From Octopus vulgaris (lineage: Eukaryota), in contig OX597826.1 of NCBI GenBank assembly GCA_951406725.2, forward strand, positions 53,134,001-53,198,000: DNA of 64,000 nucleotides, in the 5' to 3' direction. This document shows positions 25,451-38,789 of this stretch, in pieces (positions within the stretch are counted from its first letter, which is position 1; every line of letters starts with the position of its first letter). The notes below the pieces were generated by a model that was given only the letters and a program-made list of their open reading frames with translations, searched no databases and was not told the DNA's origin. The translations under genes were made by a program, and so were the position numbers.

Positions 25451-27135
25451 GGTTTGTTTTTCATGGGTCCGCAAATGAGATTTGAGCCTAACAAAAGAAA
25501 GGTATGGTCTGTTACAAACTGTCTACACAAAAAGGTTGCTGAGATTCACCTCGTTACTTATATAGAAACACTTAACAAATGACTAAATAAAAAGATATTG
25601 CACCCAAGATATCCAGCTTCGTTCATAATAACTAGATCCTTAGAGGTCATATTCCTTATTTTAATGATCCACTACAGTGCAATGTCTTCAATGATGAGTT
25701 TTACTTTCCCCTCATCGACAGGCGACCGACTCAACCGTAGGAACCGTTTTAGGAAAGACGTCTTGTTCAATCTTACGCATAGCTCTGAGGTAATAAGGAT
25801 TAAGTTAAAATATTATGCATCTTAAAAAATTCTTCCCCCACTGCATCCTTTGTACAAAATTTTTAGTAAGGACTGGATAAAACTCTTCTACTTATTCACA
25901 TCCAATTTAGCATTCAAAATATATCTAGATTTTACTAAATTTTATGGGAACATGCTTAACCGTGACCACACAATAATAATGTTAATCATGACTAATACTG
26001 ATCCAACCCTTACGAGTGCCCTCTCCAAGCTCATTGAATATAACTTATAAATGCAATGTTATGATAAACTTTTCAAATGAAGTGCACATTGGTGTCACCA
26101 AAACAAATTTAAAATTAGATATTATCAGCACCGTCATACATTCCGAAATACTGAGTGTGATAATGTTACAAAAGTATCTTATGGTAGCTGCATGACAATA
26201 ACATATCTTGCAAACTATAACAGTTGGTAAATACGAAATATAAACCTTTTACCGGTCGCCGTAAGGCCTAAAATTAACGCATGGAAGAGAACATATAAAT
26301 CTTCTGCTGAGCAAGAGGTCTGATCTTGCAACTACGTGTAAATGCAAGATATTCGAATCTTACCTAAACTATAAACCTGTATATGACACTGGAATGGTTT
26401 TTTCGAACCTGAGGCGACCCTTGTGTATAAAATACCAATTGTCTGTCCTAGATCTAGAACACCATACGACTAAGGATATAAAAACTACATATCCATGGGA
26501 CTATCCATCTTTCTCTTTCACAGATCTAACTTATTGTATACTGGCACTGAATGTCTGCCATCTTCTCTAATTTCATCCTTCTAAGTGACTCAACTTTCTA
26601 TAATATTGAATTGATTTTGCAACCATTTCTAATCCCAGTTTTGCAACTAATAAGCCATGCCCTTGTAACCAATTAAAATAATATAGCGACCTATAAATTA
26701 TACATCACACGCGTACATACTATTTATGTATGAATGTGCGCGTATCTATGTGAGTGTGTGTGCGCGCGTGTGATATAACTTATAGATCATTAATATATTA
26801 GTAGATAGTTATACCTATACGTGATTTATAATTTATACTATTATAATCATTAAACTGAATGCTTCATTATTGAACTGCTCCTTTTCAAAGAACCGTCTCA
26901 TTATTGAACAACTCAATCCTTATTGAACTGGTTCACTATTGAACAAGTTTTTTTGTAATGGAACAAGCTAAACTTGATCACTCAACTTCGTTTCTCACAG
27001 CTTTGACTTCACTCCCGCCATCTCTCCAAAGCGGAGTGAGGAACGTCAGCATATAAAAGTATAGGAGCAAATGATTGAGACAGAAACAGAATTCGTATGT
27101 GATATTGAAGCATGTGTATGCATGTGTGCGCGTGT

Positions 27136-27215
<80 letters not shown>

Positions 27216-27339
27216 TATGTTTGGAGATGAAGAAAAAAAGATGAAAGATTTTGCTTGAGAGAAAAAATGTGAGAGAACTATATATATGTATGTATGTATG
27301 TCTGTCTGTATGTATGTATGTATGTATGTATGTGTGCGT

Positions 27340-27592
27340 GGAGGCGCGTGGCTTAGTGGTTAGGGTGTCAACAACATGATCGTAAGAGTGTGGTTTCGAT
27401 TCCTGGACCTGGCGACGCGTTGTGTTCTTGAGCAAAACACTTCATTTCACGTTGCTCCAGTCCACTCAGCTGGCAAAAATGAGTAACGCTGCGATGGACT
27501 AGTGTCCCGTCCAGCTGGGGAACACATACGCCATTGAAACCGGGAAACTGGGCCCACGAGCCTGGCTAGGCTTTAAAAGGGCGCATTTATTT
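27340..27592 (+). mobile_element. Family C SINE
   Basis: Homologous to 22345-22600. Confidence 0.85.
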
Positions 27593-27593
27593 T

Positions 27594-27637
<44 letters not shown>

Positions 27638-27640
<3 letters not shown>

Positions 27641-27755
27641 CGAATGCTCATAAACAATGTGTGTGCTTTGCTTGTTCGCCGGTCTCTTTCGTGTCAAATT
27701 GCAGTCGACAGGTGAACAAGCATACCACATACATTCTGTATGTGTGTTCGATAAT
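27638..27755. mobile_element. Palindromic MITE; second copy at about 29077-29252
   Basis: ta-tcgaa..caatgtgtgtgctttgcttgttc versus gaacaagca..acattctgtatgtgtg-ttcga-ta. Confidence 0.55.
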
Positions 27756-27886
27756 GTTTGCAACACTCGCGCTTCTTCTAAATCATATTTGAGTACGCAT
27801 GCATGCACACATATGAAATGTTAGTAATCCAAATAAGTGGTAGCACCAAAATAAAATGCATAAAGAATATATTAGAATTTATACAG

Positions 27887-27917
<31 letters not shown>

Positions 27918-28199
27918 TGCAGGCATGGCTCTGGGTTGTAGACGTTCACTTGACAACCACGCAGAAGTTCCAGACTTAGTGTCACTTCCCGGTGCTTTGT
28001 ACTTTATGCAAATAAAGCGCAAGTTCTTGACTGTGATGATGAAACAAAGACCCTTGATGTAATTGTAGGAATATTTCAAGATGATATTTTAGTGTACTTC
28101 TTTTTTTCTTCTATCATTGTCTCTGAGTACTTGGTGGGTAACAATAAATAGAAAAAAGTCTTCTAGTTATTTCAAAATAATGCTCACGCTGTCCATCAA

Positions 28200-28500
28200 T
28201 GCAAGAAACCAATATAGCAATTGCAGATGATCTTGCATTTCTTGCTAATTATTTTGCATGACGCCTAAGATTTACTATACTCCCTCAAAACAGTAGCAAA
28301 CAGTGCAGGGCTCTATTCAAATGACCAAAACACAGAGTGTCACCAAAAGATAATACAATTACAAATTAAGCCGGTAAGTGATGATATTTTAAATTGTGTG
28401 AAGGATTTAGAATACTTTAGTTCATACATAATAGACTGAGAAAGGATTTTGTTTTCACTCGGAAGACAATACAATGACCTGATTGCAATAAATAGACCGG
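28200..28500 (+). mobile_element. RTE-X-like LINE RT fragment
   Basis: IADDLAFLA..LLYSLKTVANSAGLY..CVKDLEYFSSYI. Confidence 0.65.
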
Positions 28501-28723
28501 TATTTCATTATCTAATTTAATCAGGTATTAACTCGTCATATGTACTGTGAAGGGTGAGAATCAAAACAATGACTGGCATATTTATTTTTAACACGTTCCG
28601 GCTCATTCGAGCATGACTATGCTAATCGTGATTGTGTGTTTCGTTACAGAACAACTCGTTTACGACGGATTTATGTTCATAGCATACCCGATTCATTAGT
28701 ACAAGGCACTGTGGGCCATCCGG

Positions 28724-30264
28724 GTTGTTGACATTGCTGTGTGTCTTCAGCTAGAGGTGACCCGGACATATGAATCTATTAAAAGTCGAAACTCTTCGAT
28801 ATTTGATATCGTCAGCGAAGATATCAGCACGTAACAACAGTTTGTCTACTGAAGTTCTAAATAAGAGCTTCGACTTTTGATAGAATCATAAGTCCGGGTT
28901 TCTTCTAGCCAGCGCTAGAGGTAATCACGTGTATAGAGAGCAAGGGAAGTGGGTGTACCGAAGAAATGGTAAACGGTTTACGGCTCAGAAGAAATCACTT
29001 TGAATGTGCCTTTCAAATGTAGATACTGCGTTTCCTATATTTTTAACATTAATAGTCCCATTAATGTTATATATATTATTGAACGCACACACACAATGTA
29101 TGTACTTTGCCTATTTACCGGTCGGCTGCGATTTGATATGGAGGAGACAACTCTCTCAATGCGCCGGTTCTTTGAGAAAATCATCTCCTCTGAGTCAAAT
29201 TGCAACCAACCAGCGAACAAACAAAGCGCATACATTGTGTATGTGTGATTGATTCATTTCTCAGTTAAAGTATATTAAAATTTTTCATCAGAACAACAAT
29301 GCAGCAAGGCAGGCTGGATGCCTTATCTTTAAGTATAGAAGCAGACGTGCTACGTAAGATTAATTTCGAGGATCTGATCAAAGACTTTGCAATAAAAATG
29401 AAGTAGGAAAATTTTATAAATAAGATGGAAGTATACAAAAATAGACATTATTTTCCATCTTACTTTTAGTTTTGTTTCATTTTGAAAAATAAAAGTTTAT
29501 TTCATTGTTTATTATTGTTCATATCAGTGGCTCCCAACCTTTTCATTACCAAAGACCCCTTTTATTTAAATGAGTTTTCCTACGTATCCCTTTTAATATG
29601 CTTATCCTTATATAAAACTTTGAAGTTAGTTCACGGACCCCCAGTACTACTTTTGCGGACCACCAGAGGTCCGCAGACCACATGTTGAGAATCACTGGTT
29701 TATATTTTGAATTACATATATATGGAGGCACTAAAATCTTTTAAGAGTCTAAGACCTCTATGGGTTTTAATCCGGCCCCGCTTGTGATGGAAACAATGTT
29801 GAGTAGTACCTTTGAAGAAGGGCTACTCCAATAACATTTTTCAATTTGAACGAAAAATTATTTTATGTTCTATTATTGTTTATATTTGTTGTTGACATCG
29901 CTGTGTGTCTTCAGCTAGAGGTGACCCGGACATATGAATCTATTAAAAGTCGAAGCTCTTCGATATTTGATATCGTCAGCGAAGATATCAGCACGTAACA
30001 ACAGTTTGTCTAACTGAAGTTCTAAATAAGAGCTTCGACTTTTGATAGAATCATAAGTCCGGGTTACCTCTAGCCAGCGCTAGAGGTAAGCACGTGTATA
30101 GAGAAGCAAGGGAAGTGGGTGTACCGAAGAAATGGTAAACGGTTTACGGCTCAGAAGAAATCACTTTGAATGTACCTTTCAAATGTAGATACTGCGTGAT
30201 TATATATGGGGGCACCAAAATCTTCCAAGTGTTCAGGGCCTCTATGGGTCTTAATCCGGCCCTG
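28724..30264 (+). mobile_element. Composite hAT remnant with 310-bp direct duplication and nested MITEs
   Basis: 28724-29033 matches 29888-30197; hAT C-terminus NVDTAFPIFLTL..RTTMQQGRLDAL; hAT ends at 29767-29780 and 30251-30264. Confidence 0.75.
29525..29697. mobile_element. hAT (Charlie-like) MITE
   Basis: TIR cagtggctcccaac / gttgagaatcactg, 8-bp TSD gttcatat / gtttatat. Confidence 0.85.
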
Positions 30265-30265
30265 C

Positions 30266-30312
30266 CTCTAGCTGATGATCTAGAACGATGTCGAAACACC
30301 GGATGTCCCAGA
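30266..30312 (+). ncRNA. Degenerate hammerhead ribozyme motif
   Basis: tctag-CTGATGA-tctagaacgatgtc-GAAA-caccggatg-TC-ccaga; helix II damaged. Confidence 0.5.
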
Positions 30313-30499
30313 ATCTCTTGTGCTAATAGATTCAGTGTATTATGAACACGCATTCGTCATAAAGAAGTTGTTCTCCTGTGACAGAACACAACAGCGATTC
30401 ATGTTCGAATTTGCTGGAATGTATTAAGCATATATATGTAAGTCATCATTGTATTTCAAACTCACCTTTAATATCAATATCTTTCATGTTCTTGTTTTC

Positions 30500-30757
30500 T
30501 AGACCGTTCTGAAACATGGATATTTATTTCCTAGAAGAGTTTCGAAACGATTAGACTTCAACGTAGAGTACAAATTGCTCTTAGAAGACCTGTGACAGCT
30601 GGTGAAGAAAGTTGTAAGCTCTTCTATACAGATGTCATTGCTGGGGATTCAGAACTTGAGATGCAAGATTTAAGCGAGGCAATGACAGATTGTGGGCTTT
30701 GGGGAGTTGCGGTGTCTGTCTCGGTCGGTGGCGTCAGATAATGATGATGATGATGAT
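30500..30757 (+). mobile_element. RTE-X-like LINE 3' end with (GAT)n tail
   Basis: SETW..SKRLD..YTDVIAGDSELEMQDLSEAMTD..W then gatgatgat. Confidence 0.65.
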
Positions 30758-30869
30758 GTGTTTTATGTGTTTATGTGTGTTTGTGCTTGTGTGTGCATGT
30801 AGCAATCTGGTATAGCCGTGTGTATGTGTGTGAGTGTGTCTGCGTGTGTTTGCAGCATTCTGACAGAGC

Positions 30870-30964
30870 TCTGTGTGTGCGTGTGTGTGTGTGTGTGTGT
30901 GGAGGGTTAGCAATTGTAGTAGAATTAAGGGTGTGTGGGTTTGTAGTATTCTAATAGAGTTATC

Positions 30965-30997
<33 letters not shown>

Positions 30998-31059
30998 AGG
31001 GTTAGCAATACTAGTAGAATTAAGGGTGTGCGGGTTTGTAGTATTCTAATAGAGTTATC

Positions 31060-31097
<38 letters not shown>

Positions 31098-31160
31098 AGT
31101 GTGTGAGTGCACGTCTGCCTGCCTGTGTGTTGTAGCATTCTAATAGAGCTATCTGTGTGC
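30870..31160. repeat. About 95-bp tandem repeat with TG tracts
   Basis: ggagggttagcaat..ctaatagagttatct present twice plus partial units. Confidence 0.8.
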
Positions 31161-31596
31161 AGGAGTTGTGTAATATAAAATGCGAAACAGTGATTCGCTA
31201 ATTAACCAGTGTCTTTTATTTTTTTTTTTTAAACGGCAGTTTTGTTGTCATTCTTGTCGTTATTGTTGTTGCTTTTGTTGTTGTGATCGTTGTTGTCATT
31301 TGTAAAGTGAAAGAACGAGTAAATTCTTTTGTTATTGAAAGTGAGAAATATCGACAGCAGCGGTGTCATGTGTAGCAACAGCAGTAGAGACAGTCTTTCA
31401 CAAGTATTTCGGTTTTCGCTAATCTCAGGAGAAATAATAATAAGTTGCATTCACACCACGTTTTAAAGTGTTCACTCAGGTTAAAAAGATACCAATAAGG
31501 ATTTCAAATTCCTTTATTTCCGTTGGGGGGGACTTCATAAAGGTAAGGAGCCACTTAAATTTGATTTTTACACACTAAATATTAATATCAATATCG

Positions 31597-31814
31597 TATA
31601 TATATGTATATATATACATATATATATATATATGTATATATATATGTATATATATATGTATATATATATATGTATATATATATATGTATATATATATATG
31701 TATATATATGTATGTATATATATATATGTATGTATGTATATATATATGTATATATGTATGTATGTATATATATATGTATATATATATGTATGTATATATA
31801 CATGTGTATATATG

Positions 31815-31845
<31 letters not shown>

Positions 31846-31846
31846 G

Positions 31847-31891
<45 letters not shown>

Positions 31892-31909
31892 GTATATATA
31901 TATACATAC

Positions 31910-31941
<32 letters not shown>

Positions 31942-31942
31942 G

Positions 31943-31973
<31 letters not shown>

Positions 31974-31982
31974 GTGTATACA
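31597..31982. repeat. (TA)n/(TATG)n microsatellite
   Basis: Direct reading. Confidence 0.95.
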
Positions 31983-32094
31983 TAATTTCATTGTTATTTT
32001 TTTCCATTCAAATAACATTTATCAAATGTGAATAACTTATTATAACAGGGACACCTTTTAAAGTTCGTATTCTTAGTGCATTTGATATTTTCTA

Positions 32095-32134
<40 letters not shown>

Positions 32135-32454
32135 TCTACCAAAATAGATTTTATTAGTGAGTTTTCTACTAAGTGTTGCGTACCAGTTTGTGTTGTTCGC
32201 TAATGATACTTTCTGTCAAGTTTGAAAGGAAAATGAATAAATAAATAAATAAATAAATAATTACATAAATAAACAGACAAATAAATAAATAGCTAAATAA
32301 GTAAAGAAAAAGTAATTAGCCATCGACTAAGAAAACAATTAATCTCGCTGATAGGACCCATAAGGGATATGAGTGTAATGATGAATATCAAAACGGTAAC
32401 AATAGTGATGTATAATAATGATGATAATGATAACCCCTAATAAGGTCATTATGT

Positions 32455-32458
32455 TCTG

Positions 32459-32515
<57 letters not shown>

Positions 32516-32542
32516 ATCTATCTATATATCTATCTATCTATA

Positions 32543-32576
<34 letters not shown>

Positions 32577-32585
32577 GCTAGCTAG

Positions 32586-32628
<43 letters not shown>

Positions 32629-32816
32629 TATCTGTCTATTCTATTTTATTCTGTTCTGTTCTCTTTTATTCTATTGTTTGTCTGCGTGTCATTCTCTTTC
32701 TCCACCTCTCTCTATGTGTATATCTATCTATCTATCTGTCTGTCTGTCTGTCTGTTCTATTTTATTTTGTTCTCTTTTATTCTATTGTTTGTCTGCGTGT
32801 CATTCTCTTTCTTCAC

Positions 32817-32889
<73 letters not shown>

Positions 32890-32890
32890 T
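32455..32890. repeat. (TCTA)n/(TA)n with about 120-bp tandem duplication
   Basis: ttctcttttattctattgtttgtctgcgtgtcattctcttt at about 32660 and 32770. Confidence 0.9.
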
Positions 32891-33321
32891 ACATACATAT
32901 GTATGTGGGCGTGCATGTATGTATACGTATGTGTGCATACACACACACACACAAATACATCAAAAGTTAACTGTCTACTCTGAGTTTCGTTTTTGGGCGA
33001 AACTTAGAGTTGTCTGTCGACTTCTGCTATGATAACTACATCTATTAACTCTAGCCAAGTGTTGAGCTCCGTTGCAGATAATGTTTGCTTGCGCGCATAC
33101 ACATACGCACGCGCGCATACACATACGCACGCGCGCACATACACAGACTTAAACACAGGCAGACAGATGCACACGCACATACATACGTACATACATACAT
33201 ACATTCATACATATATACATATACATGCGTACACACACATACGTATACCTCTTGTATCCTATCTGTATGTCTGTTTGCCTGTCTGCCTGTCTGTCTATGT
33301 GTCAGTCTGTCTGTCTCCCTG

Positions 33322-33391
<70 letters not shown>

Positions 33392-33971
33392 CTTACAATA
33401 CCCCCCACCAATTCTACAGAAACTTATTTAAAAGCCGTCAGATTTTTGATATTACAGTAACAGTTCCATAGCTGAAAGATAAAGCATACTATTTCATCCG
33501 AACCACGTTCATTTGTCACATTCAGCAGTGATTAATACCCTAAATCAAACAACTAATTACTCTTGTTGTTGTCATAAAGTTTCATAACTCAGTCAAAATG
33601 GCGACACTATATCGCTAATCCTCACCAGAATTTCAACTCCTTTAGTGAAGTTAACTATTGGGAGGGAAACACAATTATGCTTTACAAATATGTAGAGACA
33701 TTTCATAGATATATCGCATGACGCAGTAAGGGGATGGAGGTACTTTTACCTTTTGTTGCTGTCTATCGATTTGTTCCTTCGATCAATGATTTCGCTTTTG
33801 TTCTTATTAAAACTAATTTTAATAAGAATAAAATGACACCAACCAGTGCAACATGTGTTGTTCCAAATTTTCTCTATTTGGCCTTGGAGATACATACATT
33901 AACGTGTGCACGCGTATACACAGTGTACTGTTTTTTTATATTTACTAGCTTCAGCCATTGCTGAGATCCGC

Positions 33972-34007
<36 letters not shown>

Positions 34008-34041
34008 TGTCTGTCTGTCTGTCTCTATCTCTCTCTGTCTC

Positions 34042-34096
<55 letters not shown>

Positions 34097-34396
34097 GGAG
34101 GCGCAATGGCCCAGTGGTTAGGGCAGCGGACTCGCGGTCGTAGGATCGTGGTTTTGATTCCCAGACCGGGTGTTGTGAGTGTTTATTGAGCGAAAACACC
34201 TAAAGCTCCACGAGGGGTGGGGCGATCTTTCTGCTGCACTCTTTCGCCACAACTTTCTCTCAATCTTTCTTCTGTTGGCCTGCTCGCTTAGTCAGCGGGG
34301 TGGCGTCATTTGAAGGCTAAAACAGTGCGGAGTGCATTGTGACCAGCGATGCGTAGCAACATCTGATAGCCTGGTCGGTCACGGTGATCACGGTGA
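34097..34396 (+). mobile_element. Family D SINE head with a different tail
   Basis: Head nearly identical to 20516; tail differs. Confidence 0.8.
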
Positions 34397-34417
34397 TATA
34401 TATATATATATATATAA

Positions 34418-34626
34418 TGTGACCGCGTGTGTACCGCTGGCGATTTTTTTTCCTCTGTCTTCCCTTCTCTGGATCTTTCCTTCTCCTATGTTTCTGACGA
34501 AGAGCTCCGCTCGAAACGTTACACCATCCTTCTTCCCTTCTTTCCTGAGCGTCCAATAATACTTTATTTGTTCCACGTCCTCGCGTTGTAGTGTTTTTTT
34601 TTTGTTTTGTGTTTTCTTGTTTGGAT

Positions 34627-34630
<4 letters not shown>
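34418..34630 (+). mobile_element. Penelope-like terminal repeat within (TA)n
   Basis: About 210-bp pyrimidine-rich unit with minimal hammerhead, TA tracts on both sides. Confidence 0.6.
34488..34527 (+). ncRNA. Minimal type I hammerhead motif
   Basis: CTGACGA-a-GAGC-tcc-GCTC-GAAA-CGTTA; palindromic AACGTT in place of helix III. Confidence 0.65.
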
Positions 34631-34691
<61 letters not shown>

Positions 34692-35019
34692 AAGTAAAAT
34701 AGGGATTAAAAATTTCAGGCAGATATCAATAAAGCACTCAGTTTTAAATAATCAGACCCAATAAATGCAAGTAGAATAAACATCGTCATGTATGACAAGT
34801 AAATCCAAATATCATTTTGATGAATTTCAAAAAATTCAGAGTATTAGACGTGTGTGTGTGTGTGAGTGTATGCACAAACACACACACACAAATGATCTAA
34901 TAACATTTTGATTCGGCTCTATGCCCTGTAAAAGAACTCGAAAGGTTGGGCCCCCAACCAGACCTTTCGCGATATCCTTAAAACCAGGAACTTTTCAGCG
35001 CTCCCTCGTATTTGTTCCA

Positions 35020-35330
35020 ATCTTTAATGAACACTACACTTGCTACAGACTTTGTTTCGCATGTACAGTTTGCAGACGATTCTTCTCAGCACCTCATACA
35101 ATATAGTGCATATCTTCCTTTGTAGTTGATCTGTGGGTTTGTGTTACACTTCCCGCAATTTCTTTTAACTGGTAGGACTTTCGATTTGACTATTGTCCCT
35201 GTTTTCCCACACTTTTAATATTGAGAGTAAGCTCTCGGAGGGTTTTCATAAATCTATGACATGTTTCACAATCGAACCTATTATTATCCTTACTATCAAT
35301 CTTATGGTACGACTTACTGCTTTAGCTTTT
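35020..35330 (-). mobile_element. Possible piggyBac (PGBD-like) transposase C-terminal remnant
   Basis: DMHYIV*GAEKNR / CKLYMRNKVCSKCSVH resembles the piggyBac cysteine-rich domain; needs a frameshift. Confidence 0.35.
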
Positions 35331-35804
35331 TAAATTATTTTCTATAACTACTCCAATCCAAATTTTGTTACTAAATATATATTCCATCCGAGTCATTTTT
35401 AGAATATTTTCAAAGTTATTCTTAGCTGAGTCTGTCTAAACTACTTTTGGAACTTAAAATACTGAATACGCTTTCGCTGTTCATGCGGTTGATATACGTG
35501 ATACATAAGTCATTAATTTTATGAAGTCTTTCATTAGGATATACAGTGTGACATTACTAGTGAGTTTGTCATAGCTTATCTATTATAGAAAAGCATACCT
35601 CTTTGATAAAACAATAATTCTATCTTCACTATAAAAATTTGACAATGATTACACCAGAGGTATTTATATTCTTTGGGCAGGAAGAGCAGGAAGTGGGTGA
35701 AACAAACTTTCAACAGAGAAACAATACTTATTATTTGTCCACAGAGAGATTAGAAGCTTAAAACTATTCAGAGTGTATACTCGAATACAGTTACACTATA
35801 TGCG

Positions 35805-36048
35805 CCCTTTTAAAGCCTAGCCAGGCTCATGGGCCCGGTTTCCCGGTTTCTGTGGCGTATGTGTTCCCCAGCTGGATGGGATGCCAGTCCATCGCAGCGT
35901 TACTCTTTTTTGCCAGCTGAGTGGACTGAAGCAACGTGAAATGAAGTGTTTTGCCCAAGAACACAACGCGTCGCCCGGTCCAGGAATCGAAACCACAATC
36001 TTAAGATCATGATGCTGACACCCTAACCACTAAGCCATGCACCTCCAC
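35805..36048 (-). mobile_element. Family C SINE
   Basis: Reverse complement of 27340-27592. Confidence 0.85.
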
Positions 36049-36443
36049 ACAGTTAAACTAACATATCTAATTTGCATAACGGTGCATACGATAGCAGCGA
36101 GTTAGAAAAAGAAGAGGATAATAATTCATCGTGAACATTGTATAGAAATATGAAAGTAAGACCAGCAATCAGCCTTCACAAAGCAGCAAGATAAAATAGT
36201 ACAGCATGGTTAAAGGAATCCTACGTGCATTAGGTTTATTATAATAGCTGCAGTGATAACTACAGCAGGCTAATGTGTCGGAGAAGGATGAGGAATGAAA
36301 CATTTAATGAGAACGCCTCGACAATATGTTCAGGGAACGATAATTCCAGGAGGAAGCAACATTATAGTGATACAAAGTCGATGGTGATGAAATGAATATA
36401 TCACAGCATAAGCTGAATGCAAAATATAATATGTTGTTAATGT

Positions 36444-36742
36444 TTGTTCCTTCTCGAGTCATGCCTGGCTCATAAGGGCCATCGGGTTTCCCGGTTTCCT
36501 TGGCGTATAGGTTCCCCACCTGGACGGGACACCGGTCCGTCGCAGGTGAGCTGCAAGATGCAGGAGGAAAGAGAGAGAGAGAGAAAGTTGTGGCGAAAGA
36601 GTCAGCAAAAGTTCGTCATTACCTTCTGCCGGAGCCGCGTGGAGCTTAGGTGTTTCGCGTATAAACACACACATCGCCCGGTCTGAGATTCGAACCCGCG
36701 GGCCCTCGACCGCTGCTCTAACCACTAGGTCATGTGCCTCCA
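36444..36742 (-). mobile_element. SINE with family D-like head and family C-like tail
   Basis: acacctaagctccacgcggctccggca body; gaaaccgggaaacc..atgagcc tail. Confidence 0.75.
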
Positions 36743-37059
36743 CAAAATATAATATGACATGATATAATATAATGTACTATACGTAATATGTGTGTGTCTC
36801 TGTGCCTGTGTTTGTGTGTGCGCGTGTGTGTTTGTATTTTTGGCCCAGCACAGCTTGACAACAGGTGTTGGTTTGTTTGCGTCCTCGTAATTTAGTGGTT
36901 TGGCAAAAGAAACCGATACAATAAGTAACCAGCTTAAGAAAGAAAAACATAAGTGCTGGGGACGATTCATTCGACTAAAATACTTCAAAATGGTGGTGCT
37001 TCAACATGGTCGCAGTCTATTGACTGAAACAAGAAACTACACAAGCGTTTATCAATTAC

Positions 37060-37094
<35 letters not shown>

Positions 37095-37103
37095 CACACA
37101 CGC

Positions 37104-37134
<31 letters not shown>

Positions 37135-37525
37135 CACTACCATTTCGTTGGAAATGTTTCTCTCTTTATCTCTGTATAAATATATATATATAAATGAAAT
37201 TGCTTTCCCAAATAAAATGGCGCTTTATGTTCGAAGCTCCAATGAGGCTATAGTACTGTAATATACAAGCATTCAAATATGAGTGCGTTGTATCTTACAA
37301 TAGAAACGACTGTACGTTAATGAAGTTCAAGAAATAATTTCTTTTCATTTATCATTTTAATTTCCTATTACTGCTCTGTATCCGACAGACGCTTCATTCT
37401 AAAAACTTTGTATACAGAGTTCTATTAGAAACAGGTTATCAATATCGCTATGCCTTAAGCGACATAATAAAATAATAATAATAATAATAATAATAATTAT
37501 TATTATTATTATTATTAACATAATT

Positions 37526-38007
37526 ATGTTTTGTCTTGGTATAATAGATGGGTTACAGCAAATATTCTGCTCAATACCACAGATTTGCTTGTCAGTTGTT
37601 TGACCGTAACCAGTTGAGCATGTCCCTTAGTGGCTGACGATATGTGCATCTCTGATCACGAGTAGAAGTAGTGGGAGAGCATCATAGCCATGTGTTGAAA
37701 GGAATTCTTAGAGGTTTGGATAATTCACCTTTGGAAACATGTGTGGTTCGTTCAACATCCTTAAGCAATCCTTATTCAGGAACTTTTTGAGTGGGATGGG
37801 CTACTCGACCAGAAGAAAATTCTAACTGGGACCCACCTGCAAGGTCATGCGCTGTTTATCTTGATATGAGATCACCATGTCGCGCACATATGGTTGTGAT
37901 GCATGTGCCTGGTATACCCTTATCAGACGGGTAGTCATAGTGGGTATACTGGGCTTCGTATATTTTACCCCAGTGTCACTTTGATGACATGCACTGCTCT
38001 CTCACTC
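37526..38007 (+). mobile_element. About 500-bp non-coding repeat flanked by (TAA)n; copy 1
   Basis: Highly similar to 53915-54398; ends ctgctctctcactca-(TAA)n. Confidence 0.75.
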
Positions 38008-38014
38008 AATAATA

Positions 38015-38075
<61 letters not shown>

Positions 38076-38077
<2 letters not shown>

Positions 38078-38512
38078 GGCTTTTATGATTCAGTGCGACC
38101 ATGAAATAGAGAATAGAAAACCGAGCATAGTCTTAATTGAGAAAGAAAACAAACTATGTTGGATCATAGATATAGCATGCCCAGCTGACAACAAGGTATG
38201 CCATAAGGAAGAAAGAAAAGTCGAGAGATATGACAGGTTAGCTTGGGAAGTTAAGCAGTTGTGGTCGATGAAAAATGTAGCAGTAGTACCAATAATTGTC
38301 GGAGCCCTGGGAACAGTGAGCAAAAATCTCGAGAAGTACTTGGAACAAATAGGGGCTGCAATAAGTGTGGAGCACTTGCAGAAAACAGCACTGCTTGGAA
38401 CTGCTCGAATACTCCAGAAGGTGCTCGAAAAATAAGAGGTGTTACCTTAGTTCACTGGTAGTGAACAGCTGACACTGTAGTACATCTCCAGCATTAGAAG
38501 CTGTGCAATGGC
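38076..38512 (+). mobile_element. R4/Dong-type retrotransposon 3' end inside (TAA)n
   Basis: ORF 38085-38435: IQCDHEIENRKP..IIDIACPAD..KVERY..VPIIVGALGTV..LQKTALLGTARIL; TAA tracts both sides. Confidence 0.9.
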
Positions 38513-38525
38513 AATAATAATAATA

Positions 38526-38556
<31 letters not shown>

Positions 38557-38789
38557 TTCTTTCTTTCTTTATTAACCAAATAATGATCGTTTCTACTAAA
38601 GCCACAAGGCCTGAAATTTTTGGAGAGTGGGATTAGTCGATTATATCGATCCCAGTGTTTATCGAACCCAAAAGGATGAAAGGTAAAGTTGAGCTCGGCG
38701 GAGTTTGAACTCCGAAATACCAGCGTGCTAACGATTCTGTAAACTCGCCGCCTGAACAATAAATAATGATGATAATAATAATAACCATT

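Noticed and set aside
31300-31547. Segment ending in AAG/GTAAGG
   Set aside because: Stops in all frames; could be a non-coding exon but unsupported
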